Below, piece by piece: positions 37,698 to 46,030 of a stretch of 64,000 nt of DNA. The position numbers and the translations under genes were made by a program. Numbering within the stretch: position 1 is the stretch's first letter; each line of letters begins with the position of its first letter. Location of the stretch: contig CAYNWW010000004.1 in assembly GCA_964401055.1 (NCBI GenBank), positions 13,390 through 77,389 of the forward strand. The letters run 5' to 3'. This DNA is from an uncultured Candidatus Saccharibacteria bacterium (GTDB lineage: Bacteria; Patescibacteriota; JAUYIX01; CAYNWW01). Below the pieces are notes generated by a model that was not told the DNA's origin, did not search any database, and saw only the letters and a program-made list of their open reading frames with translations.

Positions 37698-38258
37698 CTA
37701 GTGCTCGGGCTTCATGTGGTCAACATAAACCAGCGCATAATGCTTTGCTGCAAACTCCTGGATTGTGCACGATCGACAACCAAGTGTATACGCGATTTTT
37801 GGAACTTCTGCACGTAGCCACCACCACCCGTCTTTGTGTTGAGCTATCGCAAGTGGCCATTGGCGGATGTTGCCATATGGTTCACTCACATATGTTGTTT
37901 CAAACGAAACATGGCAGGGCTTTTCAAGCCCAATACTCGCAGCAAATACGAGTGGATCGGAATCAGAGGAAACGATCCACTCGATATGGTCGAGCTTGAT
38001 GCGCGCAACTTCGTACCGAGAGTCATGATCATGACACGAACTGTCTTGAGCCACCACATCCACCGCCTGTGCAGAAGACAGGCGAGCTGCTTCGCACATA
38101 ATCCCGATCCCACAAAGAGACATGAGACCAAGACAGGTCACGGCAACAACAAGCGCTCGTGGTTTTAGATGGGAAATTTCCACGTCGGCGGTGAGTAAAA
38201 AGAGGATGGGAATGACGAAAAAGGCTGCTCCCAAAATCGTTAGTATTTCAAGCGGCAT
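37698..38258 (-). CDS. Hypothetical membrane protein (2 TM + Cys-rich extracytoplasmic domain)
   Basis: GGAGG SD 7 nt upstream of the ATG at 38258. TM helices ILTILGAAFFVIPILFLL and ALVVAVTCLGLMSLCGIGIM. Confidence 0.4.
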   Translation of the reverse strand: MPLEILTILGAAFFVIPILFLLTADVEISHLKPRALVVAVTCLGLMSLCGIGIMCEAARLSSAQAVDVVAQDSSCHDHDSRYEVARIKLDHIEWIVSSDSDPLVFAASIGLEKPCHVSFETTYVSEPYGNIRQWPLAIAQHKDGWWWLRAEVPKIAYTLGCRSCTIQEFAAKHYALVYVDHMKPEH

Positions 38259-38398
38259 ATGCGCACCTCCTTGGGGCGAACAACGATTTTTTACTATACG
38301 CTCTTTTTTCGCGTGGTACAATAGAATTGTCTCAAAAATGAATTTTATAGCAAATTTGGGTGGCCGAATTTTTCAACAATTATCGCTAAATTATCCAC

Positions 38399-38830
38399 AT
38401 GAATGACAGACCAAAAGTAGGCGTCGGCGTCGCGATCATCAAAGACGGCAAAGTCCTCCTTGGCAAACGCAAAGCCGCGCACGGCGAAGGCTCGTGGGCG
38501 TTCCCCGGCGGCCACCTCGAATTCGGCGAATCCTGGGAAGAATGCGCCTGCCGCGAAGTCCTCGAAGAGGCCGGCATCGAAGTCAAAAACGTCCGCTTCG
38601 GCAGCCTCACCAACGACATTTTCACCGCCGAAAACAAGCACTACATCACCATCTCCATGGTCTGCGACTATGCTTCGGGTGAATTGCGCGTGATGGAACC
38701 GGAAAAATGCGAGGAATGGCGCTGGTTTGATTGGGCGGAGCTGTCGCCGGACATGCTTTTTGTACCACTGCAAAATTTGTTGAAACAGGGATATGATCCA
38801 ACGAAGGTTACGACAAGCTCGATAAAGTAA
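38399..38830 (+). CDS. NUDIX hydrolase
   Basis: Nudix box GGHLEFGESWEECACREVLEEAGIEV. Confidence 0.8.
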   Translation: MNDRPKVGVGVAIIKDGKVLLGKRKAAHGEGSWAFPGGHLEFGESWEECACREVLEEAGIEVKNVRFGSLTNDIFTAENKHYITISMVCDYASGELRVMEPEKCEEWRWFDWAELSPDMLFVPLQNLLKQGYDPTKVTTSSIK

Positions 38831-39510
38831 TGCGGAAAAATATTCTTCTCACTGGCGCACCGCGCAGCGGGAAAACAACCGTTCTCAAGAGACTGCTTAC
38901 TCACAGAAGTCACAAGGTTGGCTTCGTCACGAATGAAATAATCGAGATGGGCGAGCGAACTGGTTTTGAAGTCGAAACAAGTGCTGGCACAAGTGCGTTG
39001 CTTGCGAGCATTCATTTGAAAAATAGTCCCAACGTTGGTAGGTACGGCGTGCAAATCGGAGACTTCACCAATTTATTGGACAGCCTATTCCGCTTCATGC
39101 CCCAAGCCTTGCTCTACATTGATGAAATCGCCGAAATGCAATTGTGTTCGGAAAGATTCGCAGAGCTCGTACGCGCATATCTCGACACCCCAAACACCTG
39201 CGTTGCAACATGTTCAGCCATATTTCCAAATAAATTTATCAACGAGATCAGAAATCGCAATGACGTGATCCTCGTCGACTTGCGACCCGAGACAAGAGAT
39301 AGCACGCAAACAATGATCGAAGGACTCATAAGTAAAATTTCCAAAGCCCGCAAATACGCTAGCGAGCCAGAACGAATTAAACTTCAGCCGGGCGCAACTC
39401 AGATTAAAGGTGATAGCAGCATTCACAATCTCACGCGCCAACACGATGCATCATGGGCGTGCGACTGCGATTTTTTCAGCACATATAGAAAATTTGCAGT
39501 CACACCATAG
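38830..39510 (+). CDS. THEP1-like nucleoside-triphosphatase (PF03266-type P-loop NTPase) with a C-terminal extension
   Basis: Walker A ILLTGAPRSGKTTVLKRLL. Walker B-like LLYIDEIAEMQLCSERF, resembling Aquifex THEP1. Its ATG overlaps the previous stop. Confidence 0.55.
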   Translation: MRKNILLTGAPRSGKTTVLKRLLTHRSHKVGFVTNEIIEMGERTGFEVETSAGTSALLASIHLKNSPNVGRYGVQIGDFTNLLDSLFRFMPQALLYIDEIAEMQLCSERFAELVRAYLDTPNTCVATCSAIFPNKFINEIRNRNDVILVDLRPETRDSTQTMIEGLISKISKARKYASEPERIKLQPGATQIKGDSSIHNLTRQHDASWACDCDFFSTYRKFAVTP

Positions 39511-39537
39511 CAATTGAAGAACTAGATAAATAACACC

Positions 39538-39969
39538 ATGGCCTACTACAACAAAGTCGGACTTCTCGTGCTCAACGACGACCACACTCGCTTTCTCGTC
39601 TGCGAAAAATCGCCCGAAAACGTGACCTCAGACTACATCATGCCCGGCGGTCAATTTCACGAAAAATCAGTCGAGGAATGTCTGACAAATGAAATCAAAG
39701 AAGAGCTCGCTTGTGGCGTCGACACCGCACACCTGACGTTCATCGGCGAATACACCGACATCGCATCAGGCCGTCCCGACCGTGACGTCTCAATCAAGCT
39801 CTATCAAGGAAACCTGGTTGGCGCGCCAACGCCGTCGACAGAAATCAAAGCGATCCACTGGATCGGCGCCGCCGATATAAATAATCTGCGCGTCTCGCCG
39901 ATTATTCGCAACAAAATTTTGCCGGATTTAATAAAGAGAAATGTGGTGTTGATGAGTAAACCCATCTAA
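39538..39969 (+). CDS. NUDIX hydrolase (second copy)
   Basis: Nudix box GGQFHEKSVEECLTNEIKEELACGVD. Confidence 0.75.
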   Translation: MAYYNKVGLLVLNDDHTRFLVCEKSPENVTSDYIMPGGQFHEKSVEECLTNEIKEELACGVDTAHLTFIGEYTDIASGRPDRDVSIKLYQGNLVGAPTPSTEIKAIHWIGAADINNLRVSPIIRNKILPDLIKRNVVLMSKPI

Positions 39970-40008
39970 TTAGATATAATTGGATATAGCCATTATATCT
40001 AATTAGAT
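39964..40008. repeat. Perfect 17-bp inverted repeat (ATCTAATTAGATATAAT, 11-nt spacer, ATTATATCTAATTAGAT) between convergent genes
   Basis: Read directly. It overlaps the stop codon of the Nudix gene. AT-rich, with no flanking T-run. Confidence 0.5.
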
Positions 40009-40021
40009 TTCCCGAATTCGC

Positions 40022-41260
40022 CTACGCCACCACCACTTGCCGCGCAGTGTACTCTTGGCGGATGTCGTTTGAGAAGCATTCACCGTCGAGTTTGCAGATG
40101 TCTTCAGGCGTGTAGCCGCGGTTTTCGAGGCGCGCCATGAGGCGGCCGAGGTCAGGCACGTAGTCGATGAGGAGTTCGCTGGATTCGACTGCTTCGACGG
40201 TGTAGACGCCGAGGTGCGCGGGGATGAGGACGGTTTGGCCGGCGACCGCCTCAAACAATCCGGTGCGCGTGGTGATAGAGACGCTGCCAGCCACGACGTG
40301 GGCGACGATGTAGTGTTTGCCGAGCGCTTTGAGTGTGACTGTACCGGCTTGGCCGATTTGCAGACGATCTTTTGCAAAGAGGCGATTGGCAAGAAGGTGG
40401 GTGAGCATTGCTTTTTCGCCAATGTGTTCGATCAGTGGCGTGGTGCGCGAGCAGGTCACGTGGCCGAAATCAATCAGGTTCATGGCGAGGTCGGGCTGCA
40501 CCGGGCGGCCGCGACCGAAATCGCTCACGCGGATCGTGGGCTCGGTGGCATACATGTGTGCGACGTCGGCGCGTTGTTCGGCGCGGACTTGCGCGTCGCT
40601 TGGATGGACTTGCAGTGAAAATGCGTCGCCGACCACGAGAATTTTTGACAATGTTGCGAGGAGTGATGAACCAAATCCTTCTTGTACTTCATCGATGACG
40701 CAATACGACGCGTCGTCGAGCGGCCAGACGGTGTGGAGCGTGCCAGGTTTCAAAATGTAGGATTCGCCTTTGCGTGCGAGTTCGGTGGTGACGAGGTCGC
40801 GTTCGAGTTGCTCGATAGTAACTTTTTGGTTGAAATACCCCGCGCGGATCAGCTCTTCAAAACGCGCGCGCGTGATGTGTTTTTGCACGCCGGTGATGAT
40901 TTTGACGATGCCATGCACTTCGCGGAAATACCAGCTTTCAGTTTTGCCGCGAGCCGGTTGGTCGGTCAATGAAGAGGCAAGTTTGCTGCCGAGGAGCTGT
41001 GCGCCTTGGCGAAGGATGAGGTCGTGAAGGGTGGTGCCGTTTTTAGGTGTGCCGGCAATCAAATTTGTCTGCGCCGCGCCGGCGGTGCCGACTTGAGCGG
41101 ACGCCGTCCAGACTTCGCCGTATAGGTCGCCATCTGGCGTCCGCGTCGAGGTCAATGCGGAAAACAACCGAGCCGGCACGCCCCACGGTTTTTTGACAAT
41201 CACGGGTTCGAGCGTGTAGATGGTGCTTTTTTCAGGTTCAAATGGGAAAAAATTGTTCAT
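40022..41260 (-). CDS. Cupin-fold type I phosphomannose-isomerase-like protein (tentative)
   Basis: GKTESWYF (compare GKTECWYI of Bacillus Pmi), GTLHTVWP (compare GTLHAL) and LQVHPSD (compare IKVHPDD). The order of motifs differs from the reference, so the call is moderate. Confidence 0.45.
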   Translation of the reverse strand: MNNFFPFEPEKSTIYTLEPVIVKKPWGVPARLFSALTSTRTPDGDLYGEVWTASAQVGTAGAAQTNLIAGTPKNGTTLHDLILRQGAQLLGSKLASSLTDQPARGKTESWYFREVHGIVKIITGVQKHITRARFEELIRAGYFNQKVTIEQLERDLVTTELARKGESYILKPGTLHTVWPLDDASYCVIDEVQEGFGSSLLATLSKILVVGDAFSLQVHPSDAQVRAEQRADVAHMYATEPTIRVSDFGRGRPVQPDLAMNLIDFGHVTCSRTTPLIEHIGEKAMLTHLLANRLFAKDRLQIGQAGTVTLKALGKHYIVAHVVAGSVSITTRTGLFEAVAGQTVLIPAHLGVYTVEAVESSELLIDYVPDLGRLMARLENRGYTPEDICKLDGECFSNDIRQEYTARQVVVA

Positions 41261-42486
41261 GCGCGTGCGCCTCCTGCGTGAGCAATGCGAGTGCGTTGCT
41301 GGAAACTGAGTAGTTTGCTTGACTCTACATCGGGCTGGTTGAATGGATCAACCTCGCGCAACCACGCGCTGTATACGCTTGCGTATTGCAAAAATGCGAG
41401 GAAGCCGGCGGTCGATGTCTCGCGTGTGTCCGGCAGGGTGATTGTCATCAGGGGGATGCCACGGCCGACGGCGTCGCTGCGGTTTCCCTCATATTCGCAG
41501 AGAATCGCTTGTTGCAAGGTGATGTTGTTGATGTCGCCCAGTCGGCCTTCGCGCAGCACCAAGTTTTGGATTTCCGGAGGGAGCTGCGTGCGCGCTTCAT
41601 CGTGCGCGGCTTGCGCTACTGTGACCATGACGCCAATCATGTTGCGTTTGCCGCCGTAAAATCGTTGTGAGAAATGGTGCTGGGATTCGGGAGACAACAG
41701 CGCCATCACGGTTTGGCCTTGCTTGCCGTCTTTGCACACGGTTTCGTGAAAGAGTTGAGAGATCAGCTCGGAAAACCCGTTGATTTGTGGCGAATAGAGA
41801 GAAAAGAAAATTTCATCATAGCCTTGCTGCTCGAGCAGATACAACTGTACAGCAAATCGGAGCGCGTCATTTTTTTCTAGAGAAACAGAAGGCGCATATG
41901 CAGTGTAGGCGCTGCGTAAGTCGCGAACGATCGCGCTCACGTCCATCCCGATCACCGCACACGGGAGCAGTGTGGACGAGGTCATTGCAGAAAAGCGCCC
42001 GCCAACAGGCGGATGATCAACCACTTCCCAGCCCTTGATATGTGCAGCCTCGAGAAGCGGATTATTTTTGTCCGGACTGGTCACTACCAGCACGCGATAA
42101 TGCTCGGCAAATGCAAATGTGTTTTCGAGATGCTCCACATTGGTGCCCGACTTGCTCACTGAAATCACGATAGTACGTGCCGGCGGGCATTGTGATTTCA
42201 AGTATTGCACAAAATCCGGATCAGTCGAATTGCAAAAAAATACGCGCTTGCTCGACGTGTACCACGAGAGATTTTTGTACAACGCTTCAGTGCTCGTGAT
42301 CGACCCGCCTCGTGCCACTATAATAACGTGTGTGTATTCGGCATATCGCGCGGCCACTTCTTTTAACGCGCCCAACGGTGGTTCATACGAGGCAAATGCG
42401 GGCACGGATTGCCTCGCAATGGTATTCAATTTTTCCTGTGACACCTGACCCTGTGCGCGTGACTGCGTGACATCAATTTGGATCAT
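41257..42486 (-). CDS. pgi: Glucose-6-phosphate isomerase (short bacterial/archaeal type)
   Basis: SIS/PGI motifs SKSGTNVE and GGRFS. Size around 410 aa. Confidence 0.8.
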   Translation of the reverse strand: MIQIDVTQSRAQGQVSQEKLNTIARQSVPAFASYEPPLGALKEVAARYAEYTHVIIVARGGSITSTEALYKNLSWYTSSKRVFFCNSTDPDFVQYLKSQCPPARTIVISVSKSGTNVEHLENTFAFAEHYRVLVVTSPDKNNPLLEAAHIKGWEVVDHPPVGGRFSAMTSSTLLPCAVIGMDVSAIVRDLRSAYTAYAPSVSLEKNDALRFAVQLYLLEQQGYDEIFFSLYSPQINGFSELISQLFHETVCKDGKQGQTVMALLSPESQHHFSQRFYGGKRNMIGVMVTVAQAAHDEARTQLPPEIQNLVLREGRLGDINNITLQQAILCEYEGNRSDAVGRGIPLMTITLPDTRETSTAGFLAFLQYASVYSAWLREVDPFNQPDVESSKLLSFQQRTRIAHAGGARA

Positions 42487-43085
42487 GCTTCCGGTCCTTC
42501 TTCTTCTCTGATGGCGTGGCTGCGGTACGGCTCTTCCGACAGCTTGCGCTCATTGAGTTGGATAATAATTTTTTTCACCTTGTAGGGATGTGGCACTTGC
42601 TCAAATTCAAACCGGTCTTTGGTTCCCGCGGTCTGTACCATGACATTGCCAAAATCGAAAAACGTGTGAATTAATCCGGTCACTTCGGCAGTCACGTCTT
42701 GGACGCGGAAGATATTTTGTTCAGCCACCACGCGCTTGAACAACGCCTCTTGCTCGATGTTGATAATTCGCTCGGTCGTCACAATCCAGACGTCGAGGTA
42801 ATAATTTACCCAACCGAGATAAAAATATAACAGGACAAACAAATAATACGCGCTCGCAGCAAGCGCGGCCATCGGCAGCAATTGTGAAGTCTCGAACCCG
42901 GGAATAATCCGCTTGAACAACTCATTTCCCGCCACCGGAAGCAGTGACAGCACAACCGTGATCACGATGTGAATCAAAAATACCAACCAGTGCCGGCGCA
43001 ACACCAAAATAATTTCCTCTTGCTCGTGTTTGCCCGGAAATGTTTTCATTTTAATATGAGGATTGTGAAGAGGTTGATTGCTCAT
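42483..43085 (-). CDS. Bacterial PH-domain membrane protein (YdbS/YdbT-like)
   Basis: Two TM helices followed by a bPH-like cytoplasmic domain (TTERIINIEQEALFKRVVAEQNIFRVQDV). Confidence 0.55.
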   Translation of the reverse strand: MSNQPLHNPHIKMKTFPGKHEQEEIILVLRRHWLVFLIHIVITVVLSLLPVAGNELFKRIIPGFETSQLLPMAALAASAYYLFVLLYFYLGWVNYYLDVWIVTTERIINIEQEALFKRVVAEQNIFRVQDVTAEVTGLIHTFFDFGNVMVQTAGTKDRFEFEQVPHPYKVKKIIIQLNERKLSEEPYRSHAIREEEGPEA

Positions 43086-43321
43086 ATGCGCAAGGTGATG
43101 GTGGTAAAATCAATGCTTCCGTGCAGCCAGTCAACCGATAGTCCATACACAAACGTCGGCACTAAGATAATCAACGCCAGCACGATGTAGAGCGCTGCCA
43201 TCACATGAGTGAGGTCGCCCACAAATCCAAATTTGAGCAGATGATAGAGGATGAATAGGCTGAAAATAATAAATCCTACAAGGAGGACGAGGTAGATGAC
43301 AAAAGGGATAATCAGCGGCAT
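43082..43321 (-). CDS. Small hypothetical membrane protein (79 aa, 2 TM)
   Basis: Start at MPLIIPFVIYLVLL (43321). Overlaps the bPH gene start. The Arg-rich upstream part of the ORF-track ORF is probably not coding. Confidence 0.3.
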   Translation of the reverse strand: MPLIIPFVIYLVLLVGFIIFSLFILYHLLKFGFVGDLTHVMAALYIVLALIILVPTFVYGLSVDWLHGSIDFTTITLRI

Positions 43322-43335
43322 GCGCGGCGAGTTAA

Positions 43336-44388
43336 TTAGAGAAGTGTTTTTTGTGCTTGTTGCGCGGAAAATGGTTTGCCCAGATGCGCGTATGCGTGGC
43401 GGGTTGCGACGCGTCCCTGTCGCGTGCGCGCGAGAAATCCGAGCTGGAGCAAAAATGGTTCGTACACGTCTTCGATGGTCTGGCGCTCTTCCGATGTCGA
43501 GGCTGCGATCGCGTTGAGGCCGCAAGGGCCGCCGTCGAATTTGTCGATGATTGCAGCAAGAATCCGGCGGTCGGTTTCATCCAGTCCGAGCTCGTCGATT
43601 CCAAGAAGGCGCAGTGCTTCTTCTGCGAGAGGCAAGGTAATTGTACCATTCCCGCGAACTTGTGCAACATCGCGCACGCGCTTCAGCAGGCGGTTGGCGG
43701 TGCGGGGAGTTTTGCGCGCGCAAGCCGCGATTTTTGCACACGCCTCGGGCGTGATGTCGGTCGAGAGGATTTGCGCTGAGCGGCGAATGATTTGCTCAAT
43801 CGCGTCTTGTGAGTAAAAATCCAATCGGAATGTGCTACCAAATCGGTCGCGCAACGGTGACGACAACATGCCGACGCGCGTGGTCGCGCCCACGAGGGTA
43901 AATTTGGGCAGCTCGAGGCGCATCGAGCGTGCGCCCGTGCCTTTGCCGATCATGAGGTCGAGGGAATAATCTTCCATCGCGGGATACAACGCTTCCTCGA
44001 CCGTGCGGCTGAGGCGGTGGATTTCGTCAATAAACAAAATGTCGTGCTCCTGGAGATTGGTGAGGATCGAGCCGAGGTCGCCCGCGCGTTCGATCGCTGG
44101 GCCGCTGGTGATTTTGATGTTGACGTTCATTTCGCGGGCAATCACGTTGGCGAGCGTGGTTTTGCCCAAGCCCGGTGGGCCGTAGAGCAAGAGGTGTTCG
44201 AGCGGCTCGTTGCGCTGTTTGGCCGCTTGCATGAAAATGTTGAGGTTTTGTTTGATCGCTTCTTGGCCAATATAATCAGCCAGCCGCTGCGGTCGCAGCG
44301 TCAGGTCGGTGCTGGCGTCTTCGGGCGTGGCGCGCGGGGTGACCACGCGCTCGGTGGCGATGGGTTCGTGTTCGGTGCGTTCGATCAT
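43336..44388 (-). CDS. ruvB: Holliday junction branch migration helicase RuvB
   Basis: [21 protein letters not shown] and DEIHRL, plus C-terminal winged-helix regions. Confidence 0.9.
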   Translation of the reverse strand: MIERTEHEPIATERVVTPRATPEDASTDLTLRPQRLADYIGQEAIKQNLNIFMQAAKQRNEPLEHLLLYGPPGLGKTTLANVIAREMNVNIKITSGPAIERAGDLGSILTNLQEHDILFIDEIHRLSRTVEEALYPAMEDYSLDLMIGKGTGARSMRLELPKFTLVGATTRVGMLSSPLRDRFGSTFRLDFYSQDAIEQIIRRSAQILSTDITPEACAKIAACARKTPRTANRLLKRVRDVAQVRGNGTITLPLAEEALRLLGIDELGLDETDRRILAAIIDKFDGGPCGLNAIAASTSEERQTIEDVYEPFLLQLGFLARTRQGRVATRHAYAHLGKPFSAQQAQKTLL

Positions 44389-44415
44389 GGTACTCTCAGT
44401 ATATCACACGCTAGA

Positions 44416-45783
44416 CTACAATTTCCCCGCGCCGTTTGGATTGTATCCGTTGCGGACTTCGTCGCCGTCTTTGTATCCGTCGCCGTCGGTGTCGGGATTG
44501 GTCGCGCTGGTGCCATACTTCGCTTCGTCGGTGTCGGTCAGACCATCACCGTCGGTGTCTGCGTTTGTGTCGATCGGCAGTGGGATGAATTTGGGGAAGA
44601 GCAGCGGTAGCACGGCGTCGCTGATGGTGGTGCCGGCGATGGCGTCGCTCGGCGCTTGGGCGATTGCCGGATCGGATTTGTTGTATGAATCAAATGAGAG
44701 CAGCGCGGTGATGGTGCCCGCAAAGCCGGAAGATTCGGGCATGGTGGCGGTGAGTGAAAGGCGATGCGGCAGGCCGTCTGCGGCGCCGATCCAGATTTCT
44801 CCTGACGCGCTCGTTGCTTGTGCGAAAAATGTGTTGATTTGTCCGGATGGGAGTGCGGTCGCTAATTTTTTCGGGTCGATCGTGAGCTGGTAGTGATGCG
44901 TTTCGGTGCCGTTGACGTTGATGGTGAGGAGACGATCCTGGAAAGTGCCGTGGACTTGGACGGCGCCGCTTTGTGCGAGTGTGGCGAGCGCGCCCGCGAG
45001 TTGAGTGGGCGAAACGCTTGTTGCGGTGATTTTTTGCGCGGTCTCGCGCGTGAAATCCGTTGAAAACACATATTGCTTGCCTACGCGATCCACGAGCGCG
45101 GCCGCATCGAGCTTGATGGGCTTGCTGAGATAGGCGAGCGCTTGTTCTTGCTTACTTGCGTCAAATGCGCGCAAATGCAGCGCGTCCACGGTGAGATAAT
45201 TTGCGCCGTCGCGCACCAAGTCACTGCCGCTAATCGACACGTCGGCGAGGTCGGCGGCGGAGGAAGCGGAAAGATTAAATTTTGTCTGCGCCGAGATGTG
45301 GTCGCTTGCACTCACGTCAAGTGTGCTTTGAAAATCCGTGCTGTACGTGACTGAGATCGGGTCTGTCGTAGGCGTGTCGTAGGTCGCGAACAATGCGCTG
45401 AGCGGTTCGGAAAACTTGATCGCAGTGATGAGTGAATCGGGTAGTGGAAGATAATTTTTCTGCATGCCGGTAGCGGTGATTTTTCCGCGGACTTCGACGT
45501 TGCGGATTGCAGATAATTTAGCAACTGATTGCGCGGCTTGCTGCTCCGGCGGAATGCGCAACAACAAAAATAACGTCGCGCCGACGCCAATGATCGCTGC
45601 AAATATAATTAGTGAGACCGCCATTTTTTTCTTCCCGCGCGGACGTTGTGGTTTTGCCGTTGTGGCTTGCGAATGGGCAGCAGGAGCGGCTTGCTGCTGA
45701 GGAGATCCTGAGAGTTCCTGGGTAAATTGAGCATCCAGAGAATCTGCTGCTGGAGCGGAATTTTGAGGTTTTTTGTCAAACAT
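44416..45783 (-). CDS. Hypothetical membrane-anchored protein with C-terminal thrombospondin-type-3-like Ca-binding repeats
   Basis: N-terminal TM (MAVSLIIFAAIIGVGATLFLLL). C-terminus DTNADTDGDGLTDTDEAKYGTSATNPDTDGDGYKDGDE. Confidence 0.5.
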   Translation of the reverse strand: MFDKKPQNSAPAADSLDAQFTQELSGSPQQQAAPAAHSQATTAKPQRPRGKKKMAVSLIIFAAIIGVGATLFLLLRIPPEQQAAQSVAKLSAIRNVEVRGKITATGMQKNYLPLPDSLITAIKFSEPLSALFATYDTPTTDPISVTYSTDFQSTLDVSASDHISAQTKFNLSASSAADLADVSISGSDLVRDGANYLTVDALHLRAFDASKQEQALAYLSKPIKLDAAALVDRVGKQYVFSTDFTRETAQKITATSVSPTQLAGALATLAQSGAVQVHGTFQDRLLTINVNGTETHHYQLTIDPKKLATALPSGQINTFFAQATSASGEIWIGAADGLPHRLSLTATMPESSGFAGTITALLSFDSYNKSDPAIAQAPSDAIAGTTISDAVLPLLFPKFIPLPIDTNADTDGDGLTDTDEAKYGTSATNPDTDGDGYKDGDEVRNGYNPNGAGKL

Positions 45784-45840
45784 GCCGAAATTTTACTTGA
45801 CAAATAAAAGGTATTCTGGTAACCTAGAAAATCAGTGAAC

Positions 45841-45990
45841 AAAAAACTGGTGCAGCCTCAACTGTAGACACTCGTGGCAACTCTCATGTGACGGGGTACA
45901 CGGTCATCAATCTTACGATTGATGCACTTGGTACATCCTCTGGAGTTTTGCTTTGTCTACAGTTTAGGAAGCGCCAGTTTTTTATTTTTG
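45841..45990. other. Structured intergenic element (candidate small RNA or elaborate bidirectional terminator)
   Basis: Nested helices: CTGGTGC (45847-53) with GCGCCAG (45971-77); CTGTAGAC (45862-69) with GTCTACAG (45955-62); a central 8-bp hairpin CATCAATC-TTAC-GATTGATG (45905-24). Flanked by A6 on the 5' side and T6ATTTTT on the 3' side. Confidence 0.3.
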
Positions 45991-46030
45991 CGGAAGCGTT
46001 GAAGCGGTTGCGCTCGTCGCATTTTTCTAG

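Noticed and set aside
45841-45990. Possibility that the structured intergenic element is SRP RNA, 6S RNA, tmRNA or RNase P RNA
   Set aside because: None of the conserved signatures (SRP GGAA/AGCAG domain IV, RNase P P4, the tmRNA tag frame, or the 6S central bubble of about 180 nt) could be found by eye. It is kept only as an unclassified structured element.
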